A stretch of 64,000 nt of DNA, taken from NCBI GenBank assembly GCA_015233115.1, contig JADFYJ010000003.1:40536-104535 (forward strand), read 5' to 3'. Below, piece after piece: positions 58,701-64,000 of this stretch (its first letter is position 1; each line of letters opens with the position of its first letter). The DNA comes from Candidatus Omnitrophota bacterium (lineage in GTDB: Bacteria > Omnitrophota > Gorgyraeia > Zapsychrales > Zapsychraceae). The notes under the pieces were generated by a model that did no database searches, was not told where the DNA came from, and saw nothing but the letters and a program-made list of their open reading frames with translations. The position numbers were made by a program, and so were the translations under genes.

Positions 58701-58701
58701 G
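52792..58701 (+). CDS. Giant (1969 aa) secreted modular protein with D-x-A-M-delimited cargo domains
   Basis: Signal peptide; ~350-aa N-terminal domain; repeated DRAM/DNAM/DQAM linkers; class I SAM methyltransferase and degenerate Fic-like segments; C-terminal GGIDL domain. Confidence 0.85.
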   Translation: MKSREANIGRKIIASFLIFTFMISNGSVPVRYANAQESFTSGVGLSAAFTPSLLKGVKIYADNPFRLDFILDKGGTSSQRDMKIESERLIKYFLAAVTVPEKDLWVNLSPYEKNRIIPDAFGVTQMGRDLLAQDYILKQITASLTNPEGEIGREFWNKIYSSLSRDPCLRGDDNSFNIPTDILSKVWIVPEKAVVYEAKDSAYVVESKLKVMTDQDYALSVGTGPLPVRMEESTQQVIREVIIPLLEKEVNTGKNFAQLRQVYNSLILAMWFKDKIKESIFGKAYVDQNKTGGIDIADKNEKEKIWAKYVETFKKGAYNYIKEEYDPNIQQIIPRKYFSGGFTALGLQHNLIRTHDRAMLQPAVLDNAMIVKTNFTATNQNTDKVAMIMLDRGLELTVFRRPEPAMVNNFSWEDIYSGGRLAFGDKEDVDARVKQILSSVMWKELENALPYVDQFVDRIFAEYPDYTIIVAGRDGEIFYDALSWKKLPATKVRLIHSGHFLLSDLIHKQEAAAEKGLIDPVVKKFLEDAGLTPQAIKNKEKFLFVDTGFRGSAGQILKEIFWSVFPHAEGLRFESVLMAGWDPKLTYLRPIYAEPLIFFDVPKDKLVHDFSRSYALIPQEYKNKTTPYTTNFTLGTVLQLLPRYHGHSLSAILSHDGRLEIKFTEVPVNWDMDTIDYRGFDSDIVNPLAALMVQKRTLEYFAAKQRTVLGPDRAMMRDYEKDDSVAFALKSRKISHSLEAADENNPYSNMFEIKSSGFVSHSQIHSYLGEDFDRIVAENYSKYIPQGGRVLDLMSGYHTHIGENLNLNQAAGVGLNAYEMYANPKLTSFNLQDLNTNPKFPSDWNEHFDAVIMTSGIAYLTSPQDVFRSAAKTLKPGGVFMLAFDRHFLVPEAMPLWETFSNEERLAFVLKKLELAGGFKITEHKIYPQDGITIIVCRKSAISGQESETQTLPLKESFQRTQLRTQDMDPIFVEAERFSGGPKMKVKMPAAVYQRIETRDKGAFFIKGLESLIGECFYEINRKTRALEIKQISPERVSFHGWQYFSMLLHILRTAVTISLKEEDTKGAVTVRLTNLNNNKQVGELALRLNGILNVRLFNTNVQEWSISAERTREFLDATKKILDEQFKTLPDFAADRAMIQASMIKDGNKFQSFQLAPRTALYPGGLDFRIFDLFPNLEVAHFVNNRPFRVEFLMENLFFYDISPYSNFFGHLAYKQMMVRYLQSSADYFISDDLQDSIMYGTYLQMHWDKIQIGMEPFVLAELEKREAKNIQVKQINEDVWTGKLFQIEFDDKTGRHRTVYYHETDAFKAPGNKILSDGIANGADLVFLKGWNVEKYPSMVGQILRPGTIIAQDRTEKREDYKVLGRLGGVASYWGQLGHNNYMRVYEYQPLAGDYMIKRSPADAAPMSHDQAMNSLLDNVIFINNLTQAGLSGYLKTFRDVSPNKGRQLAGMGREVLGTFYFGSQGTEKPTLILASRTKNSEGINSHRELAGLIGQDENAGVPFIWHFDDKKDPKELILFSSKDKDISEHEKRGQIIFSAKILLKMIQGVYPQADDCYLIRLAVQENVLTKEDMESLSFSQYPGGLYDLRAIANLPMEHDPVMNIFPPRVAERAQALRDTIAQVRKEQPDSAIHFENTVDEHGELPEEELVADPKQKLLNDEESERYGDRENRIAYWANQYDVKIEFLKLVRDYQSGQIKNIKDFESRLLKMHRVLLLGYDGQSLYAPQTFLHFHIKSRMELKNEIDAIAGRFFDRLPDNKVKIIYEDFQRLMKYFNSVNLTIELNSFTADLSRFYSNFLGDWQTTGYLFEYGNNSLVMNMFNGFLRLADFKGISHNEFDSEAYDLTRGLRYAKIAAIRMGTKVELQESDIPPVYKSFLTAIKAANDRDRAQTSNTGGIDLTRDKMGLQVRGTGDGVQFKFDAAMIQKLQNASGLTPVIIDIRPMTTTVPVFLGLSEEIPAAKLSMR

Positions 58702-58703
58702 AG

Positions 58704-59107
58704 TTATATCAAGAATTGACGCTCAAATAATGCGGGAGTTAAAACTGAAAGATTTTTATAACCTGCTGTTCTTAATAAGGCTTTGTCGCCGGTTACGATA
58801 ATGGCTTTAACAGTTAAAGCACAGGCAATAAATTTATCATCATCTGGATCGTCGCATACCGCATGAAGGAGAGCTGTTGGTTTTGTCAAACGCACATTTT
58901 TTCGGATAAAAAAGAGAAGGTCTTGTCTGGGTTAAACATTGATTTATTTTGCGCGAGTTCCTGTATGACGCGTTCGTATTCATCTAGAATTTCGGTTGTT
59001 GCAAAAAGCGTGAATTGTCCTGAGTGCCATGCTTTTAGAATACGCGAGGGTGTACCGTTAAAAAATAAACCGGAGATGAGAACATTGGTGTCAAGAACGA
59101 CGTTCAT
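58704..59107 (-). pseudogene. PIN-domain toxin split by a single-base frameshift
   Basis: 5' half VVLDTNVLIS...EILDEY and 3' half CDDPDDDKFIACA...IVTGDKAL lie in different frames, junction near 58886-58902. Confidence 0.8.
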
Positions 59108-59370
59108 TTGTAATGTCGAACTTTCTTAATAGCACTAGTAACATCAGCCGGTTTTAACTGAACTTTTCGGGCATAATCTTTCGCTTCAGCAAGGATAATA
59201 TTGAATTCGTCCTTTGAAGGTTCTGGCGTAGCCTTAAAAACGATGGTGTCGTCTTTCCCGTAGACGAGAAATAAATCCCCTGTTTTGAGCTTCAAATTAG
59301 CGCGTATGGCCTCGGGAATAACAACCTGCCCTTTAGATGATAATTTTGTGGTGGCTTTAATCGCGATCAT
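59104..59370 (-). CDS. AbrB/MazE-family antitoxin
   Basis: TKLSSKGQVVIPEAIR..L.LKTGD; ATGA-type overlap with the PIN gene. Confidence 0.9.
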   Translation of the reverse strand: MIAIKATTKLSSKGQVVIPEAIRANLKLKTGDLFLVYGKDDTIVFKATPEPSKDEFNIILAEAKDYARKVQLKPADVTSAIKKVRHYK

Positions 59371-59442
59371 ATGTTTCCTTTCTTACTAGTAAGATTATAA
59401 CATGATTTTATAAAAAAACAAGAGCATCTCATTAATTACCCT

Positions 59443-59565
59443 GAAAAAATGGTGTCAGAAAAAATGGTGTCAGATCTCGACTTGAAACATTTTGTTCGAA
59501 ACGAAAGCTTTTCGCCGGTTAACTGCCAAGCGTCAAAGGTGGGTCGAGGTCAGACACCATTTTTT
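59443..59565. repeat. GGTGTCAGA-type inverted repeat element with a duplicated left end
   Basis: GAAAAAATGGTGTCA x2 then GATCTCGAC; right arm GTCGAGGTCAGACACCATTTTTT. Confidence 0.75.
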
Positions 59566-59574
59566 AGGCTTAAA

Positions 59575-59603
59575 TTGACAAAGCTAAAGGACTATGCTAG
59601 AGT
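59575..59603 (+). promoter_or_regulatory. Sigma70 promoter, probably giving a leaderless bamD mRNA
   Basis: TTGACA-17 bp-TAGAGT with TG extension; ATG 7 nt downstream and no SD. Confidence 0.55.
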
Positions 59604-59610
59604 TTTGGCA

Positions 59611-60612
59611 ATGAAAAAATCCCATGTACTACTTATATTATTAGGTTTATTTTTTCTCGCCCAAGATGCTTCCGCATTCTGGATGTGGACCCCGGAAACC
59701 AATAAATGGGTGAACCCCAAATATTCGGTCAAAGATACCCCCAAAGAGCAGTTGGATTTTGCCAAGGGATTTTATGATTCAAAACAATATCCGGAAGCAG
59801 TCCGTGAACTTAAAAAATTAATCAAAAATTATCCTAAATCTCGGGATGCGGCCAACGCGCAATATTATATTGGCCGGTGTTACGAGGATCAGGGAAAACT
59901 ATATTCCGCTTTTAAGGAATACCAACTGGTTTTGGATAAGTATCCGTTTAGTGAGATGTCGCCGGAGGTGATTGAACGGGAGTATAAGATTGGCCAGAAG
60001 TTAATGGATAATCCTAATAAGGGAACCATTTTGGACGCGGTGGCCGGCGAGAAATATGATATTGTCAAAGTGTTCCAAACTATTATTAAAAACGAGCCCT
60101 ATGGTAAATATGCCGCGCCATCCCAGTATAAGATTGGTTTGTATTTGATGGGAAAAGGATTAACTCAGGAAGCCCGGGATGAATTTGAGAAGGTGATTAA
60201 TGATTATCCGGAGAGTGAATGGGTCAAAGCCGCGAAATATCAAATCGCAACCGCGGATTCCAAACGTTCCACCAAGGCGCAGTACGATCAGAAAGTTACG
60301 GGATCAGCTGTCGATGAATTTAAAAATTTTGTCAAAGAATATCCAGACGCTGAATTAACTCAGGTCGCGAAAGATCAGATTCAGGAATTGAGAGATAAAG
60401 AGGCGGAAAATAATTTTGTGGTCGCGGAATTTTATGAGAAGCAAAAAAATTATTCTGCCGCTAAATTATATTATGAAGGCATTGTGACTGATTACAAAGA
60501 TTCTAAGTGGGCGATTAAGGCTTTGCGGAAAGTAAGAGATTTAGGCGATAAGGTTGATAAAGTTGATAAATTTGACAAAATTGAAAATCACGCCTCTAAA
60601 GGAAAAAAATGA
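59611..60612 (+). CDS. bamD: Outer membrane assembly factor BamD-like TPR protein
   Basis: Signal peptide from ATG 59611; repeated F..VI..YP.S..A..A.Y TPR units; AEFYEKQKNYSAAKLYY; upstream of lptE-holA. Confidence 0.75.
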   Translation: MKKSHVLLILLGLFFLAQDASAFWMWTPETNKWVNPKYSVKDTPKEQLDFAKGFYDSKQYPEAVRELKKLIKNYPKSRDAANAQYYIGRCYEDQGKLYSAFKEYQLVLDKYPFSEMSPEVIEREYKIGQKLMDNPNKGTILDAVAGEKYDIVKVFQTIIKNEPYGKYAAPSQYKIGLYLMGKGLTQEARDEFEKVINDYPESEWVKAAKYQIATADSKRSTKAQYDQKVTGSAVDEFKNFVKEYPDAELTQVAKDQIQELRDKEAENNFVVAEFYEKQKNYSAAKLYYEGIVTDYKDSKWAIKALRKVRDLGDKVDKVDKFDKIENHASKGKK

Positions 60613-61151
60613 AAAGGCTGATGGGATTTTTGATTGCGCTGGGTTTTCTGTCGGCAGCGGCCGGTTGCGGCTATACGACGGCCGGAGCTTTGCCTTCCAA
60701 TTATCATACGCTTTGGGTGAAAAACTTTGAAAATAAAGTTCAATTTACCACGGATGTTGGCCAGTCTAATTATTTTCCTTTGTTAGAAGTAAAAGCTCAT
60801 GATGCCATCATTCGTCGTTTTCTGTTTGATGGTCATTTAAAAGGTGCTCATGAAGATTCTGCGGATTTGATTTTAACCGGTGTCTTGAAAAGTTATGAGA
60901 AAAAGCCTTTGCGATTCACAGATAATGAAGATGTGCAGGAATACCGGGTTTACATTACAGTCGCGTTGGAATTAACTGAACGAGAAACCGGGAAAGTGGT
61001 CTGGACAGAACCAAGTTTTACGGGGGAAGGAACTTATTTATTGCAAGGGACAGTTTCGCCTAACGTGGCAGGATCAGAACAAGGCGCAGTGGATTTGGCT
61101 ATTCAAGATTTGGCTAACCGGGTGGTTGAGCGCACGATTGAGAATTGGTAG
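60609..61151 (+). CDS. lptE: LPS assembly lipoprotein LptE
   Basis: Lipobox AAG-CGY, ADLILTG, EYRV.ITV, conserved lptE-holA context. Confidence 0.8.
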   Translation: MKRLMGFLIALGFLSAAAGCGYTTAGALPSNYHTLWVKNFENKVQFTTDVGQSNYFPLLEVKAHDAIIRRFLFDGHLKGAHEDSADLILTGVLKSYEKKPLRFTDNEDVQEYRVYITVALELTERETGKVVWTEPSFTGEGTYLLQGTVSPNVAGSEQGAVDLAIQDLANRVVERTIENW

Positions 61152-61302
61152 TAATAACAGCATGTCGCATGTTGCATGTAGAAAAAACGATTGGTGAAAA
61201 GCGAGACATGTCGCAGATAATAAATATAAACAGCAATCGCAATAGAATTTATTTTCGCCCTGAGCCAATGGCCAGGGCGTTCTTATATAGTCGGGAGAAG
61301 AT

Positions 61303-61965
61303 ATGATTTATGTGTTTTTGGGTGACAAGGTTGAGTTGAAAGATGAAAAACTTTCACAGATCAAGAAATCTGTTTTGAAGGATTCTGTTGAGGCTGAAAA
61401 TTTTGATTATGAAGTTTTTTACGCGGATGACCTTTCAGCGGATGACCTCAAAAAATCACTGATCACTTTGCCCGCGGTTGCTTCTCACCGGGTGATTGTT
61501 ATAAAAAATATAAAAAAATTAAATAAAGCTTCGCAAGAGGTGCTTTTGGCTTTTGAAGGTTCGGGGGCAGATCATGCGTATTTAATTTTAGACGGTGATA
61601 CTGTTTCTGAAAAAGATGCTTTTTGGTCAAAAATTTTATCTAGCGCAGAAGTGCTGCGTTTGGGATTAAGCGAGAAGTCCAATAATGTTTTTGACATGAC
61701 GCACGCGATACTGGCGAATAATTCCGTTAAAGCCTTGCAGATCATGGAAGCGATATTATCGGAAAAAGGCCAGGACCCGTTAAAAATGATGGGGGCTGTT
61801 TTGTGGGCATGGAAAAACGGCCGCGCTAAGTTGAAAATGGAACAGTATAAAAAAGGCCTCCAGTATATACAGGAGGCCGATTTGAATATTAAACGGAGCC
61901 GTTTGGTTCCGGAACACGCCATGGAATTGTTAATCGTTAAGCTATGCTGTTTAGGAGCTTGCTGA
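61303..61965 (+). CDS. holA: DNA polymerase III delta subunit (short form)
   Basis: IYVFLGD, FDYEVFYA, TLPAVASHRVIVIK, NVFDMT.AI, EADLNIK; lptE-holA-rpsT synteny. Confidence 0.75.
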   Translation: MIYVFLGDKVELKDEKLSQIKKSVLKDSVEAENFDYEVFYADDLSADDLKKSLITLPAVASHRVIVIKNIKKLNKASQEVLLAFEGSGADHAYLILDGDTVSEKDAFWSKILSSAEVLRLGLSEKSNNVFDMTHAILANNSVKALQIMEAILSEKGQDPLKMMGAVLWAWKNGRAKLKMEQYKKGLQYIQEADLNIKRSRLVPEHAMELLIVKLCCLGAC

Positions 61966-62200
61966 AGCGTGATTTACGACGAGCGGCTGTGTTATCTTTG
62001 ATGATATTGGTCTTAGCGGCTTTGTCGAGTTTTTTGTGTAAAGTTTTTAAGGTTTCTTTCGCGACATCAAGTTTTTTGTCAGCAACAGCTTTTAAGAAAC
62101 TTTTTTCACTTTTTTTGATCACAGTTTTGTGGTCAAGATTATCCATCTTGCGGCTGTGACTTTTACGTAGATCTTTAATACCTGCTTTGCGTTGTGGCAC
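61937..62200 (-). CDS. rpsT: 30S ribosomal protein bS20
   Basis: GTG start with AAAGGAG RBS; PQRKAGIKDLRKS...LDKAAK.NIIKDNTAARRKSR. Confidence 0.93.
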   Translation of the reverse strand: MPQRKAGIKDLRKSHSRKMDNLDHKTVIKKSEKSFLKAVADKKLDVAKETLKTLHKKLDKAAKTNIIKDNTAARRKSRFSKLLNSIA

Positions 62201-62258
62201 TGTAAAACTCCTTTCTTGAAAACATTCCCACAGGGCTTTCCTGTGGAAGAGAGGCACA

Positions 62259-62287
62259 AATATAGCAAAAAGGATTTGGGATGTCAA
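62259..62287 (-). promoter_or_regulatory. Sigma70 promoter for rpsT
   Basis: Minus strand TTGACA-17 bp-TATATT with TG extension. Confidence 0.65.
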
Positions 62288-63921
62288 TCAATAAATTTGA
62301 ACCAGCAAAACCTAAAGTCCGGGAACGGTGGAACCTGTCTTTTTTAAAAGGCAAAGACTCGTTTCGATCCATCATGCGTTCCACGTTTTCTATGGCAGTG
62401 GCTACGCTGATATCGCGAATACTGGGATTTGTGCGGGATGTGGTTCTGGCAAAAATGCTGGGGACTGGATTTCAGGCGGACGCGTTTTACACCGGGTTTA
62501 AGATCCCGAATTTATTCCGTTCCTTAGTAGGCGAAGGCGCCATGAATTCGGCGGTAGTGCCGACATTGTCCGGTTACGTGGAAAAAAGGAACCGTGCTAC
62601 GTTTTGGAATTTTGTCAGTGTTTTTTTAAAAGTGATGATGATTGTGCTGATTGTGCTCACGCTTGCCGGCATTATTTTTTCTCCTGCCCTGGTTCGGATC
62701 ATGGTTCCGGGTTTCGTTTCTGATCCGGTTAAGTTTAAAATGACCATTCATTTAACCCAGATCATGTTTCCTTATTTATTAATGACCGGAATCATGGCTT
62801 ATTTTATGGCCGTCCTTTTTACTTTCCGTTCTTTTTGGGTTCCTATGTTTAGTCCGACGTATTTGAACATTTCCATGATTGCCGGCGCGTTGATTTGTTC
62901 GGGGCGGATGAAAGAGCCGGTATACGGAATTGCAATCGCCGTGGTCCTTGGGGGAATATGGCAGGTTATCGCTCATTTTCCGGCGCTAAAAGCCGCAGGT
63001 TTTCGTTATAAAAAACCTAAGACCATGAATCATCCGGGCGTGATAAAGATTGGTAAATTATTAATTCCGCGGGTAATTGGCAGCGGTGTCTACCAGTTGT
63101 CTATTGTTATTGATTCTTTTTGCGCGTCCTTGAGCACCATAGTAGGAATGGGAGGCGTTTCCGCGATTTATTACGCGAACAGGATTGTGCAGTTTCCCAT
63201 GGGTTTGTTCGGCGTGGCGTTAGCCTCCGCGGTTTTACCATCCCTGTCATTATTGGTCAGCCGGAACGACATGGATTCATTCCGGAAAACTTTGGCGTTT
63301 TCACTGGAAAACATGTATTTTGTAATGGCGCCAATGGCGGTATTGATCATGGTGCTGGCTTTTCCCATTACCCGGATATTATTTCAGCGCGGCTTGTTTG
63401 ACGCGTATTCCACACACATTACAGCGTGGGCCTTATGTTTTTCCGCTTTGGGGTTGTTCACGTTTGGCGGCATTAAAATATTAGTTTCCGCTTTTCACGC
63501 TTTGGCGGATACAAAGACGCCGGTGTGGGTGGCGTTCTGGTGTTTAGTGATTAACACAATTTTGAATTTTGTTTTGATGTATCCGTTTAAAGTCGGCGGT
63601 ATCGCTTTAGCCAGCTCTATTGCCGGCACTGTGGATTTCGCAGTTTTATTTTTGGTTTTGCGTAAACGTTTAGGCGGATTAAAGTCGGACCTAAGGTGGT
63701 ATTGGATCAAGGTGACTTTTGTGTGTATACTGCAAGGATATTTGGTTTGGTGGCTGTGGAAAGAGTGGACTTTACCCTGGCCGTGGGTGAAATTATTCGC
63801 GGTAATCGCGATAGGCGCGATTTTTTATCAGGCCGCGTGTATGCTGTTCAAAGTTCAGTCAGCGCAGAAGGTGTGGAGCACGTTGATAAGAAAAATGACA
63901 AGCAACAATGTCGCAGTGTGA
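62281..63921 (+). CDS. murJ: Lipid II flippase MurJ
   Basis: SRILGFVRD, DAFYTGFKIPNLFR, EGAM, YYANRIVQFPMG, DTKTP; start uncertain. Confidence 0.95.
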   Translation: MSINKFEPAKPKVRERWNLSFLKGKDSFRSIMRSTFSMAVATLISRILGFVRDVVLAKMLGTGFQADAFYTGFKIPNLFRSLVGEGAMNSAVVPTLSGYVEKRNRATFWNFVSVFLKVMMIVLIVLTLAGIIFSPALVRIMVPGFVSDPVKFKMTIHLTQIMFPYLLMTGIMAYFMAVLFTFRSFWVPMFSPTYLNISMIAGALICSGRMKEPVYGIAIAVVLGGIWQVIAHFPALKAAGFRYKKPKTMNHPGVIKIGKLLIPRVIGSGVYQLSIVIDSFCASLSTIVGMGGVSAIYYANRIVQFPMGLFGVALASAVLPSLSLLVSRNDMDSFRKTLAFSLENMYFVMAPMAVLIMVLAFPITRILFQRGLFDAYSTHITAWALCFSALGLFTFGGIKILVSAFHALADTKTPVWVAFWCLVINTILNFVLMYPFKVGGIALASSIAGTVDFAVLFLVLRKRLGGLKSDLRWYWIKVTFVCILQGYLVWWLWKEWTLPWPWVKLFAVIAIGAIFYQAACMLFKVQSAQKVWSTLIRKMTSNNVAV

Positions 63922-63948
63922 CGATGTCATATTGTTAAGTTTTTAATT

Positions 63949-64000
63949 AAGCGCGCGGTAGGGCGGCTTGCATTTAAACCAAATCCTTCGCTCAAACAAC
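63949..64000 (+). repeat. Structured dispersed repeat, copy 2 (cut by window end)
   Basis: AAGCGCGCGGTAGGGCGGCTTGCATTTAAACCAAATCCTTCGCTCAAACAAC closely matches 20340-20392. Confidence 0.8.

Noticed and set aside
52792-58701. Giant ORF as an assembly chimera or as an RHS/RTX/DGR-type gene
   Set aside because: Single open frame with ordered linkers and matched ends; no YD or RTX repeats and no reverse transcriptase or TR/VR pair in the window

Overview
A low-GC (roughly 40%, judged by eye) diderm bacterial chromosome segment. Gene content and style suggest a PVC-group organism, most likely Candidatus Omnitrophota; this is inference, not a search result. The backbone is housekeeping: purF(3' part), pyrG, rpe, glmS, rsmI, mutL/mutS, comM, accA, rlmN, birA, mnmA, leuS, comEA/comEC, bamD, lptE, holA, rpsT, murJ and four tRNAs. 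Accessory highlights: (1) a ~9.1 kb integrative element in tRNA-Glu(CTC), with a 49-bp att repeat, arm-type repeats, a repressor/excisionase/tyrosine-integrase switch, a serine resolvase, a small-terminase-like gene and a coupled three-gene HEPN module; (2) a 1969-aa secreted beads-on-a-string protein whose unrelated cargo domains (SAM methyltransferase, degenerate Fic-like, unknowns) are separated by recurrent D-x-A-M linkers and capped by TGGID-containing ends, bracketed by toxin-antitoxin pairs, which is the best candidate for an undescribed system; (3) an (AAGC)11 tract holding a secreted double-LamG gene out of frame (phase variation, currently OFF); (4) many families of small palindromic REP/REPIN-like elements, some now inside coding sequence (leuS, a lipoprotein/trmB junction, the mutS 3' end); (5) two small genes missed by the ORF track (a class III-signal pilin and an excisionase). 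No CRISPR array or rRNA was seen.
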